Below, in pieces: positions 21,258 to 30,292 of a DNA stretch of 64,000 bases; position 1 is the first letter of the stretch, and every line of letters starts with the position of its first letter. The position numbers were made by a program, and so were the translations under genes. Below the pieces are notes generated by a model. That model had not been told where the DNA came from. It saw only the letters and a list, made by a program, of their open reading frames with translations, and made no database searches. This stretch comes from Candidatus Bathyarchaeota archaeon (GTDB lineage: Archaea; Thermoproteota; Bathyarchaeia; Bathyarchaeales; Bathycorpusculaceae), in the NCBI GenBank assembly GCA_963768425.1, contig CAVYHV010000015.1:63620-127619 (forward strand), read 5' to 3'.

Positions 21258-21473
21258 TTGTTCGATAGGAAAGAAGCTGTTGCTTTATTAAGAGAGTTAG
21301 GTTTAGAGCATTTAATACAACCTTCTTTCGTCATCCTCAAACAAAGAACACCTAACAGTTACCAATTAGAGATTAAAGGCGAATATGACCACGAAGAAAT
21401 TGAGGTCTTTCTAAAGAAAAGAAACTTAACATATCAAGAGAAGAAAGACTATTTAGTTATTTTTAAGCCATAA
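21258..21473 (+). CDS. Small hypothetical protein (paralog of 19441-19698)
   Basis: DRKEAVALLREL...YQLEIK...LTYQEKKDYLVIF; TTG start after GAGGGG. Confidence 0.7.
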   Translation: MFDRKEAVALLRELGLEHLIQPSFVILKQRTPNSYQLEIKGEYDHEEIEVFLKKRNLTYQEKKDYLVIFKP

Positions 21474-21493
21474 GGAAAAATGATAATAAGTCG

Positions 21494-21619
21494 TTATCTA
21501 GTAACTTTGAAACAGCAGTTACAGTTCATACATGTGTAGGCTTCGACACGGAAAAGCTGAGTTTCCAACATTTTGTTAGGTTCTGCAACTTCTTCGCCAC
21601 AGTTAGGGCATTTAGCCAT
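21494..21619 (-). CDS. Small Zn-ribbon protein related to 9588-9752
   Basis: MAKCPNCGEEVAEPNK...AYTCMNCNCCFKV shares the MAKCPxCGxEV start. Confidence 0.65.
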   Translation of the reverse strand: MAKCPNCGEEVAEPNKMLETQLFRVEAYTCMNCNCCFKVTR

Positions 21620-21982
21620 TTTGATCTCTCGGTACGGTACAATGCCTTCCAATAGAGGAACAACTATTACTTGAAAATATGTTGGCACACTTTGATACAA
21701 CAAACAACCAGAACCAGGAGTGTGCGTTTTTTCTCTGCGCTCTTAATAATTTTTGCTTATTGTTTTCTTTATCTGTAGGAAAAAAACACTATAGGTCTCA
21801 AGAGGTCTTACTATGCAGTACTCAACATGCGAAATAAGTCGTCTCTTAAATGCAAGTTTTGGATATCATTTTTCTTAAAACCAAGCGTTTATACTATAAA
21901 ACGATGACACTTCTTTTTGGTTTACAGTTTGCTTTGCAATACAAGACCTTGATCGCAAGGTCGTCTATCTGTCGTCTATCTG

Positions 21983-22498
21983 TTAATAGAGCGAAGCCAC
22001 GATTGCAGTTGTGATCTCTTGAATTTGTGGAACCTCTGTTTGTATTTGAGAAATAAGTAGCTGCAGGTCTTTGTTATCGCTAGTTTTTACCGCGCATATT
22101 AGGTCGTAGGGTCCGAAGACCGTATCAGCCGACAAGACTTTAGGTATACCTTGAAGCTTTTCTTGGACTAGTTCAAGATTTCTAGGTTGAGTATGCAGGA
22201 GTAGGAAAGCATACGGTTCCTCAGCAAAAGATTTGCCTTCTGAGATTACAATAAGGGTTTCCGTCTTGTCAATCATTGCTCCTTGAGCAGAAATTGTTCT
22301 AATTGGGTCGAACCATTTGCTGATAAATTCGTCAAGGTTTTTTAATCCGCGTAGTTGGATAAGAACTTCAGCAGGACCAAGAAGCAAGTATATATCTTTC
22401 TTGGATAGACCAATTTTAATCAACTCATCCAAAACTTTGGTTTTAGCGCCCACTTTGCAAGATAACGTATTGCAAGATAATATCATATATACCTTCAT
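21983..22498 (-). CDS. Tandem Lrp/AsnC ligand-binding (RAM) domain protein
   Basis: Duplicated motifs LLGPAEVLI / VFGPYDLI; no HTH. Confidence 0.8.
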   Translation of the reverse strand: MKVYMILSCNTLSCKVGAKTKVLDELIKIGLSKKDIYLLLGPAEVLIQLRGLKNLDEFISKWFDPIRTISAQGAMIDKTETLIVISEGKSFAEEPYAFLLLHTQPRNLELVQEKLQGIPKVLSADTVFGPYDLICAVKTSDNKDLQLLISQIQTEVPQIQEITTAIVASLY

Positions 22499-22618
22499 AA
22501 AGTGGTCAATAGTATATTGACATAATCAGCTTGATAAGCCTAACGTAATTTTGACTTTAAGAAAGACAAGATAGCACACTTATTCTTGCCAATACGAATG
22601 TAATGTCCGAGTTGGACT

Positions 22619-22643
22619 TTTGGGCTGGTGTGTTGGTTGTAAC
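22619..22643 (-). repeat. Duplicate of RNase P RNA 3' end (att-like)
   Basis: TTTGGGCTGGTGTGTTGGTTGTAAC is identical to 24497-24521. Confidence 0.85.
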
Positions 22644-23104
22644 ACACCTATTTTGGCGAAATTGCCACAGTTTCCCCCTCTTTTTACTCTTGACCAACTA
22701 AAAGATAGTTCTTAATGGAAGCTTTTTCTTTAATGATTTCAACATCCCCTCTTTTACTCGTTTTTTTCGGGCTACTTGTTGACTATCTTAAGCACACGAT
22801 AGGATACTCTCCTCGGTCAGAACTATGATAATTGAGGGTCAAGCGCGCGCAACGAAGACTTGATAGAACTATAACTAAATTTAGGGAACTCAAATAAATA
22901 CAATGACATTTTTCAACGTTGAGCTCCTAAAGGAGTTTTAGCGAAACATTACACACCCTCAAAGAGTTAGGAAGTTACATGAAATCTATGACTAGGCAAA
23001 TTTCAGATTACGCGATTAATAATATCTTTTTTTAGAAAACATGTTGCGCCTAATTCAGTCAACAAAAAGCTTAAGTAGTTATTCAAAACAAAAGGGACTA
23101 AATA

Positions 23105-23524
23105 GTGTTCAAGATGACTAATCCTACACCTTTAATAAGTGATTCAAACAGATTAAAATCACAAGGGGCAGCACAGATTTTATCAATCGCCATATTCATA
23201 GCAGTGATTGTCTTCTCTTTAGCCGCATACTATTATATTAAACGCCCTTTTTGGGTTGCCATCTCCGCCGGTGCCTTAGGCGGATTAGTGCACGAAATGG
23301 TTCAAAGCGGCGGTAAGTATGTTCTTCCAAACACTGACGAAAATGGAGACTTCATGTTGGGTGGCTTAGTTGGATTACTTGCAGGAGGAATAGCTGGAGT
23401 GTTAACATATGAAGCACTTCTAGGAACGACTCCCATTCCATTTCCGGCAATAGCTGTTACCGCCTTCTTGGCTGGAGCAGCAGTAAAAGGAATAGCAGAT
23501 GCGGCAAATCCTCCAAAAAAATAG
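23105..23524 (+). CDS. Gly-rich membrane protein (DUF4257-like)
   Basis: AGALGGLVHE...LP...LGGLVGLLAGGIAG; ~4 TM. Confidence 0.7.
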   Translation: MFKMTNPTPLISDSNRLKSQGAAQILSIAIFIAVIVFSLAAYYYIKRPFWVAISAGALGGLVHEMVQSGGKYVLPNTDENGDFMLGGLVGLLAGGIAGVLTYEALLGTTPIPFPAIAVTAFLAGAAVKGIADAANPPKK

Positions 23525-23804
23525 AGCGTTTACTAGTTAAGCATTACAAAACACAAGAGCTCAAACTGCCTTCTGCAAACTGCACTATGTGTCATCTTAA
23601 GTCTGCAGTTGACTCTTTTAATAACCGATTTTTCCATGAGGAATTACCGCATTATTTTTAGTTTAAAGAACTTGTAAAGTCCAAATCAACAAAATATTAA
23701 TGTTTGAGTCCAAAAAGTTTTCCAACAATTTTTAGCGTCACCATATCCCAGGGTGGGAAAGCTTTTATGCTATTCAAAACAAGATAAAATATAGGGGTTT
23801 TGAA

Positions 23805-24359
23805 ATGTCTGTAGAGTCGGGAAAAAATTTGGGCGGCATCGGTTCCATATTCTTGGTGATACCAATTCCATTTCTGAGCATCGTTGGCATAATACTAGTC
23901 CTTTTTGGAATGAACAACTTATCTAAAGCGTACAACGACCCAAGCATTTGGCAAAACACGCTCTATGCTGTGGTCTTCGGAATAATAGGAATAATTGCAG
24001 CTGGCTTAACTCTTGTCTCGCTGTTTTTCGGAGGGATTTTCGCTAGCGGTGTTTTTGTAGCGGGCACAGGATTAGCAGGATTTTTTGCAGGACTCATCGT
24101 ATTTCTGGTGGTAGCTTTCATATTCTATATACTTGAAGCTATCTATATCAGAAGAGCATTTGATTCTCTCGCAAACAAATCTGGAGTTGGGTTATTTAGA
24201 ACTGGAGGATTGCTTTTGCTAATCGGTGCGGTTCTTACAATAGTTTTGGTTGGTTTGTTCTTAATTTTCATCGCGTGGATACTGATACTTGTAGCTTTCT
24301 TCCAGATACCAACAAGTTCAATGCCTCCGCAGTCTCAGATGCCACCGCCACCAATGTAG
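23805..24359 (+). CDS. DUF996 family membrane protein
   Basis: K.LGGIGSI, GIILVL, SGVGLFRTGGLLLLIGAVLTI, AFF; Pro-rich tail. Confidence 0.85.
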   Translation: MSVESGKNLGGIGSIFLVIPIPFLSIVGIILVLFGMNNLSKAYNDPSIWQNTLYAVVFGIIGIIAAGLTLVSLFFGGIFASGVFVAGTGLAGFFAGLIVFLVVAFIFYILEAIYIRRAFDSLANKSGVGLFRTGGLLLLIGAVLTIVLVGLFLIFIAWILILVAFFQIPTSSMPPQSQMPPPPM

Positions 24360-24497
24360 TGACCTAAATTTTCTTTTTTTTCTTCCATGTTCTTAGTCGT
24401 TAATTTTTCTTGTGTTAGAGCGCACTAAAAAGAGTTGTTTGGCTTTTGCGTTTGGTGCGTTGGGTTTTTGAAAACCTCTGTTGTTTACAACAAAGAT

Positions 24498-24819
24498 TTG
24501 GGCTGGTGTGTTGGTTGTAACCCGCCTTCTGTTGTCTGTGGCATTCGGCTAATCGGGCTACCCGCGCCTTGGGTAGAGTCCTCATTGGCGACTGTTTGCC
24601 CTTTCCACTTGCAGGACGGCCGTTTCACCGGTTCCATGTTGGCGCACTCGACCTCACTAAGGCGTCATCGACAAGTCCAACTGGACGTTTCGTTTCTGCT
24701 CCGTTGCTAACGCTCTCGCGTTGCTCCTTTTGGGGAGCTGCAATTCTACACGTGGGCGGAGTTTCCTCAGACCCATCATTTCTTGGGTCCGAAAGCCACA
24801 CACCAACTCGCCAGCCCAA
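24498..24819 (-). ncRNA. rnpB: Archaeal RNase P RNA
   Basis: Minus strand has conserved GAGGAAACUCCGCCC near the 5' end and AACAGAAGGCGGGUUA near the 3' end (P4 pairing); terminal helix UUGGGCUGG..GUUGG / CCAAC..CCAGCCCAA; ~320 nt, GC-rich. Confidence 0.93.
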
Positions 24820-24863
24820 CCAACAACGCACGTTGGCAAGCAATAAGAATTTCTATCATTACC

Positions 24864-25745
24864 TTAGGCGAGTTTGCCCTCTGCGATTAAAAAGACTTTG
24901 CCGCCGACCTCCGCCTGCAGAGCGTCGCCAGACTTGTAGGCTTTCAGCAGAAGCAGCGAGGGACGTCCCATTTCAATGCCTTGCTCAACCGTAACATCAA
25001 CTTCATCGGTGCCGAAGTAGCGATAATGCGATAGGTAACCTGCAAGGCAGCCGTTTCCTGACCCAGTTGCTGGATCCTCAGGGATGCCGAACAAGTTTAC
25101 GAATACGCGAACATGCAGATCTGTGCCTCCATGGATTGTTTGAGAGCAGAAAATCAATATGCCTCCTTTGACTTCGCTGGTCATCTCGCGGAGACGAGTA
25201 ATGTTTATGGTTGCTCGTTTGGCTGCATCTAAGGTTTTTAGAGGCACAATTATGAAGGGCATGCCTGTGGAAACTTCCTGAATTGGGAACCGATGGTCAA
25301 AATCCGCTTCGTTAATTTGCAGAACTTTAGCGAGCTTCGAGGTTGCGAATGTTTCTCCGAAAACTGGGGGAACCTGCTTCATCCACAACGTTTCTTGATC
25401 GGCATCTTTTTCGAAGCTGACAGGTATCTGCCCAACCTTTAGATTAAGCATAACTTTGTCCTCTTTGTCGCCTGCTATGAAATGTTTGATTACGTATGCT
25501 GTGCCCAAGGTTGGGTGTCCTGCGAAAGGAATCTCAGAATTGGGTGTGAAGATGCGTACATCGTAGCCTCCGTTCCGCGGCAGGCTTGAAAGAATGAAAG
25601 TGGTTTCTGAAAAATGCATCTCGTTCGCTATCTTCTGCATCTCCACAGTCGCAAAACCGCCTGCGTTAATGAACACTGCAAGCTGGTTGCCTGCATATTT
25701 TTCCTGCCCGAACACATCAACCAAATAAAATTTTAAACCGTTCAT
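24864..25745 (-). CDS. PhzF family isomerase
   Basis: VDVF...GNQLAVF, SETTF, RIFTP..EIPFAGHPTLG, EDPATGSG. Confidence 0.93.
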   Translation of the reverse strand: MNGLKFYLVDVFGQEKYAGNQLAVFINAGGFATVEMQKIANEMHFSETTFILSSLPRNGGYDVRIFTPNSEIPFAGHPTLGTAYVIKHFIAGDKEDKVMLNLKVGQIPVSFEKDADQETLWMKQVPPVFGETFATSKLAKVLQINEADFDHRFPIQEVSTGMPFIIVPLKTLDAAKRATINITRLREMTSEVKGGILIFCSQTIHGGTDLHVRVFVNLFGIPEDPATGSGNGCLAGYLSHYRYFGTDEVDVTVEQGIEMGRPSLLLLKAYKSGDALQAEVGGKVFLIAEGKLA

Positions 25746-25826
25746 CTAAACCGCCTATTTACTGGAATACAATTGAGCGGTTAGTTAGCGGAACGGATAA
25801 AACTTTCCTCACACAACACTCTAAAC

Positions 25827-26411
25827 ATGAATAAACGAGTCATCCTCATCACGGGAACGCCATGCACGGGAAAAACAACCACTGCCAAAGCATTAGCCGC
25901 TAAGATCAACGCAGCGTACATTAACCTCACCGATTTCGCGAAAACCAACAGCCTCACCTTAGGTGAGGACAAAGAAAGAAAAACCATCATAATTGATGAA
26001 GAAAAAATGCCTCAAAAACTCGCCGAAACCATAAGCGCTTCAGAAAAAGAAGACATCATCATTGACGGCCACTATGCCGCCGCCGTAACCCCAACAGCTC
26101 TTGTTACTAAAGTTTTTGTTTTGCGCCGCAACCCAAAGGAGCTTAAGGTTTTCATGGAAAGGTGTGGGTATGTGGACTCAAAACTGTGGGAGAATCTTCA
26201 GGCGGAAATCGTTGACGTTTGTCTTGTTGAAGCTATTCAGAGTCAGCGGGGAAAAGTGTGCGAACTCGACGTTACGGGTTTGTCGGTTGACGAGGTTGTT
26301 AGTATGATCTTGGATGTTTTAGATGAAAGAAAAGCCTGCTACGTGGGTATTGTTGATTGGTTGGGCGTTCTTGAGCGGGAAGGGTTGACGGATCAGTACC
26401 TGAAAGTTTAG
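25827..26411 (+). CDS. Adenylate kinase, AK6/Fap7 type
   Basis: ITGTPCTGKTT P-loop, IIDGH, ENLQAEI. Confidence 0.88.
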   Translation: MNKRVILITGTPCTGKTTTAKALAAKINAAYINLTDFAKTNSLTLGEDKERKTIIIDEEKMPQKLAETISASEKEDIIIDGHYAAAVTPTALVTKVFVLRRNPKELKVFMERCGYVDSKLWENLQAEIVDVCLVEAIQSQRGKVCELDVTGLSVDEVVSMILDVLDERKACYVGIVDWLGVLEREGLTDQYLKV

Positions 26412-26623
26412 TTTCTCGGTTTCTTGTGCTGCAGTGCGCTGACGCAAAATGTATTCCTGTGAAAAACGCCGAGCGTCGAATTATGAAAATTGTTATCAAA
26501 GAATATTGACGTGTTACGTGAAACGATTGGCTTCAGAGTTAACTACGCTGTCAGTCAATTCTTGTTGTTTAAACCACTTGGCTGTATAAATAGAAGCCTA
26601 AACAGATTTGAGCTCTAAAACAG

Positions 26624-26986
26624 CTACATGAAGGCGCCCATTTTTTGTTTGGTAAGTAAAGTGATTTTTCGGCGGTTGCTGTAGGATTTGGCGTGGTCGC
26701 TGAATTTGTCGGCTATCATGATTGGACTGCCCAGGCCGACGTCTTCTGAAGCCGTGTCTAACCCTATGATCAAATTGACGCCGACGGTGCGGTTCCAATC
26801 CCTGACCCAGACGCCTTGCTCTTGGCGGCCTTTCTGCACGATAAGGTCGAAGTGGCGGGTTGCACCGCTGTATCCATCCATGGCAGCGTTTTCCTTGTTT
26901 ACTTTGTACCCTTCTTTCTTGAAGTACTTAACCGCCAACCCAATCAGGTTTGCCCTGGGCTTTACTTGTACTACATCCTTGCTCAT
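26624..26986 (-). CDS. Mrr-like restriction endonuclease-fold protein
   Basis: YFKKEGYKV, GYSG..RHFDL, FSDHAKSY...ITLL. Confidence 0.7.
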   Translation of the reverse strand: MSKDVVQVKPRANLIGLAVKYFKKEGYKVNKENAAMDGYSGATRHFDLIVQKGRQEQGVWVRDWNRTVGVNLIIGLDTASEDVGLGSPIMIADKFSDHAKSYSNRRKITLLTKQKMGAFM

Positions 26987-27059
26987 AACGCACGCTCCCT
27001 TTTCCCTTGCATACCCTTATCAACATGTAAGTGGAAAAGCCTTTCGGAAGCGACAGCAG

Positions 27060-27257
27060 TTGAAACCGACCCAGATCGTGAAATGCACAAAATGCCAAGG
27101 TTTAATGTTAACCACGAAACAACAGAAAACCAAAATCTGCCCCTACTGCGGCGCACACGTGGACCTTTTAAAAGCGCAGAAAGTGGCTTCAGCAAAGAAC
27201 CCCTTCGAAGCTTCGACGCTACTTCGAAAACTAAAAAGCGAAAAAGGATTCACATAG
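27060..27257 (+). CDS. DUF1922-like Zn-ribbon protein
   Basis: CTKC...QKTKICPYCG...EAS.LLRKLK; TTG start inferred. Confidence 0.7.
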   Translation: MKPTQIVKCTKCQGLMLTTKQQKTKICPYCGAHVDLLKAQKVASAKNPFEASTLLRKLKSEKGFT

Positions 27258-27264
27258 CCACGAT

Positions 27265-28203
27265 TCAACGTATCTGACGCAGCATCTCGCATGTCTTACA
27301 CAAATCCCCTGCGGACGGCTCACCACATTCAACACAGGTTTTAAACCCTTCCTTAGACGCGGTCTCTTCTAACGCTGGCCTCAATCTATCCATTGCTCTG
27401 AACACTGTGAATTTGGTTCCCGCATGCTTCGACTCCATGCGGTTTAGCATCCAACGAATGTCATTGCGCAGGGCTTCGGAAGCATATGGGCACGGGGTAT
27501 CTTGGAACTTGATTTTTTTCACGTATGCATAGAGGGCGCTTTCGTTCTCTGGAATTTCGCAGAAAGGCTTGATTTTCTGCACCAAGAGCGGATGCACTTC
27601 GCCCGTGACGGGTTTCCCCTTCGCGAGACGTGTGATGTCGCCGCGGAAGATGTTCATGAGCACGGTTTGGGCTTCGTCATCAAGGGTGTGGGCTGTTGCA
27701 ACCTTGTTGGCGTGGACTTGTCTTGCAGCAATGTTGATTGCTTTGCGCCGAAGAACCCCGCAGTAAGCGCACGCAGTCAATTCTGTTTGCCCTTTGGAAC
27801 GGGCTTTCATTATCATTTCGTCAAGCGTAAATCCATATAGATCCTTAAAGGAGACGACGTGATGCGGAATCTTAAGTTGCATGCAGCTTTCAGCTGCAAT
27901 TGCTAGGGCTTCGTTTCGGTACCCGGCGATTCCTTCGTCGACTGTTACGGCTGTGAGCTTGGTTTTTGGGCGGCGACGATTCATCTTCACTAAAATGGAC
28001 AGTAGGCTTAGGCTGTCTTTGCCTCCTGAGACTGCCACCGCAAGATGGTCATTGAAGTTTAGCATATGGTAGCGGGTGATGGTTGCGCGCACTTTGCTTT
28101 CGATAGACTCCGTGAAGCACTTTTTGCACAGCGTTTCCCCTGAGTATTGCCTGTGAAAGAAGGCTTCTCGGGTTTTACAGATACTGCAGAGCGTGGCACT
28201 CAT
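27265..28203 (-). CDS. ncsA: tRNA 2-thiolation protein (NcsA/TtuA/Ctu1 family)
   Basis: N- and C-terminal Zn fingers, PP-loop SGGKDS, CAYCGVLRR, CPY. Confidence 0.88.
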   Translation of the reverse strand: MSATLCSICKTREAFFHRQYSGETLCKKCFTESIESKVRATITRYHMLNFNDHLAVAVSGGKDSLSLLSILVKMNRRRPKTKLTAVTVDEGIAGYRNEALAIAAESCMQLKIPHHVVSFKDLYGFTLDEMIMKARSKGQTELTACAYCGVLRRKAINIAARQVHANKVATAHTLDDEAQTVLMNIFRGDITRLAKGKPVTGEVHPLLVQKIKPFCEIPENESALYAYVKKIKFQDTPCPYASEALRNDIRWMLNRMESKHAGTKFTVFRAMDRLRPALEETASKEGFKTCVECGEPSAGDLCKTCEMLRQIR

Positions 28204-28295
28204 CGTTTTCCCAAGCTTAAGAGTAATCAAATGTTGATTAACGGTTAAGGTAAATAAACAATGCAGTCTTAAAACACTATAAAGGCTGGAAAAAC

Positions 28296-29000
28296 ATGGC
28301 TGTCAAGCCGACTAAACCCGCAGACTATAAAGAAGTAAACTACACATCGGCACGTTGGGAGCTGCTGCGTGAGCTTCGGGGCGAAGCGGCTTGGGTTATG
28401 TCAGCTTTGGAAGCTTTTCATTTGCAGTCAATTACGCATGGAAGCTTAGCCAGAGGCAACGTTAAGAAGGGAAGCGACGTGGACGTGTTCATCGGTGAAG
28501 TGCAGAACAGCTTCCTTGTGGAAACCGCATTGGAAAAAGCAGGTGTTCCGGTTAACTCCAGACGTATTGTTCAAGCCACCCCGACGTACGCTATGAAGGC
28601 ACATATCGAAGTTAGTGAACGGATCACGGTCACTTTTCCCCTGATGGAGATGCGAACGGTTGAACGGGAGTTTTACCGTTTCGGCGGCGAAACAGACCTC
28701 AGACAACTCAAAGAAAGCGTTCGGGTTCCAGGCGTAGATAAGAGGTTGATGCTTATTGAACCAACAGAAACGGGTCACGTAGAAAGCAGCGTCATCGGCA
28801 AAGAACAAACTGCCGCGAAATTTCTAGGCATTTCCGCCGAAACCGTTCGTGACAGGGTTCACACCTTAATGAAAAGAGACACAACGGGAAGAACAGGTGT
28901 ATTCATTAAAAAGGAACTTATGCCTGACGAAACCTTCGAGTTAGCACTCAAAAAATTGGCTGACTTGAACCCTGCAGTTAGACGCAGAATGAAAAAATAG
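28296..29000 (+). CDS. Predicted nucleotidyltransferase (pol beta superfamily)
   Basis: HGSLARG.V...SDVDVFI, EREFY.FGG, RVPGVDKRL, GRTGVF. Confidence 0.85.
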   Translation: MAVKPTKPADYKEVNYTSARWELLRELRGEAAWVMSALEAFHLQSITHGSLARGNVKKGSDVDVFIGEVQNSFLVETALEKAGVPVNSRRIVQATPTYAMKAHIEVSERITVTFPLMEMRTVEREFYRFGGETDLRQLKESVRVPGVDKRLMLIEPTETGHVESSVIGKEQTAAKFLGISAETVRDRVHTLMKRDTTGRTGVFIKKELMPDETFELALKKLADLNPAVRRRMKK

Positions 29001-29002
29001 GT

Positions 29003-29572
29003 TTAGGGAGGTGCGGGGTAGTAGATGAGTTCTTTTTCTTCGAGTAACGCTTGGATTTTGTCGACTGCTTCGTAAACTTGTTCTTCTTTTTTCGCTCCTA
29101 CACAGACAAGTTTGCCAGCTGAGAAAATTAGGAACACGACTTTTGGCTCATCCATGCGGTAAACTGCGCCTGGGAACTGTTCAGGCTCATACATGACTTT
29201 GCTTAGCTTGTAGACAAGGCTTTCGAGGTCAATTTCGCCGCCGAGCTCTGCGGAAGCAACGATGTTTTGAATGTTAACTATTGGTTTCTCTGTAATTTGG
29301 ATGCCTTCGCCGCGAAGTTCCTTCACAACTTTTTCCACAGCGCTACGGGATTCTTTTTCTGACTTTGCGCCTGTGCAAACCATTTTGCCAGTGCCGAAAA
29401 TCAACGTGGCAGTTTTGGGTTTCTTGAGTCTGAAAACTAAGCCTGGGAAAACGCTTGGGTTGTACTCTGTCTGAGGAAACTTTTCAACTATTTTCTGTAA
29501 ATCAATTTTCTGATTAAGTGAAACAGAAGCTACAATGTTTTGTATGTTAATAATTGGTTTACGTTTACTCAT
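29003..29572 (-). CDS. tbp: TATA-box binding protein
   Basis: Two repeats of NIQNIVAS...Y.P..FPG.V.R...PK...LIF..GK.VC.GAK. Confidence 0.97.
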   Translation of the reverse strand: MSKRKPIINIQNIVASVSLNQKIDLQKIVEKFPQTEYNPSVFPGLVFRLKKPKTATLIFGTGKMVCTGAKSEKESRSAVEKVVKELRGEGIQITEKPIVNIQNIVASAELGGEIDLESLVYKLSKVMYEPEQFPGAVYRMDEPKVVFLIFSAGKLVCVGAKKEEQVYEAVDKIQALLEEKELIYYPAPP

Positions 29573-29675
29573 GACTTTTCACGGGCTTGACTATTTAAAT
29601 AGAACAGGTGGTATATAACGTAATCCCTTTATAAAGGCTTTATATATGGCGAGCCGCGGTTCTGTAACGTCTTCG

Positions 29676-29936
29676 TCAGGCTTTTCTCTGTAAACTTTCG
29701 TCTGTTCGTGCCTTCAATGGTATCATGTAGGGAATTGCTTTTCGTGGTACAACTTCAAAAGCATAAAGGATACCATCAATTCCTTGCGCTGAAACCATTT
29801 TCATGCTTTTTGTTGATACATCAATGAAATGGGTTACTTCAATTATTTTATTTCCTTTGAGTGGCACATCGCATTCATGAGCATTAAACTTTTCATCTGA
29901 AAGCAATGATTTACAGTATGAACATTTTATGATCAA
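29676..29936 (-). CDS. Small passenger protein with CxxC...HxC Zn-finger-like motif
   Basis: KCSYCKSLLSDEKFNAHEC; stop codon overlaps the left TIR. Confidence 0.6.
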   Translation of the reverse strand: MIIKCSYCKSLLSDEKFNAHECDVPLKGNKIIEVTHFIDVSTKSMKMVSAQGIDGILYAFEVVPRKAIPYMIPLKARTDESLQRKA

Positions 29937-30118
29937 GAGCCCTCTAAACCTCCCGAAATAAAACCGTCATCTTTGTTTTTGCCTTTTTTATCAAAACTGT
30001 GTAGAATTTTGTTCTCTTTTTCTAACCGCTCATTTTCTTTCGCTAACTCATTATATAGCTTTAGCGTGGGCGCTTCTTCTAGCTTGAACTTTTCTCGCCC
30101 TTCTAATCTGACTACCAT
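29933..30118 (-). CDS. Small coiled-coil passenger protein
   Basis: 61 aa; GAGGT RBS-like sequence; 4-bp stop/start overlap with the next ORF. Confidence 0.5.
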   Translation of the reverse strand: MVVRLEGREKFKLEEAPTLKLYNELAKENERLEKENKILHSFDKKGKNKDDGFISGGLEGS

Positions 30119-30292
30119 AACTAGAACCTCTTTGACCTGAATAACTCAAATTTAATCATCCTCAATAGAAAAATAATGGAGCAGACGAAAGTTTACATGG
30201 AGAAGAAACAGACGAAGACGTTACAGAACCCGAGCCGCCGCCAATTAGCGTCAAAAAATCTGATCCTCAGATTGTTCTTCGGCGTCGCCACT

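Larger units (their letters stand above)
29658..30230. mobile_element. Non-autonomous TIR transposon (573 bp) with 8-bp TSD
   Basis: GGTTCTGTAACGTCTTCGTC (29658-29677) is the exact reverse complement of 30211-30230; inner 16-bp IR 29689-29704/30182-30197; CGAGCCGC at 29650-29657 and 30231-30238. Confidence 0.9.

Noticed and set aside
21946-21982. Small hairpin plus GTCGTCTATCT x2
   Set aside because: Only two short units at a gene end; probably a terminator or slippage
24435-24994. Several short overlapping ORFs
   Set aside because: They overlap the GC-rich RNase P RNA gene and are shadow ORFs
29648-30243. GCCGCCGCCA / TGGCGAGCC as tRNA 3' fragments
   Set aside because: No T-arm or cloverleaf; fully explained by the TSD and its target hairpin
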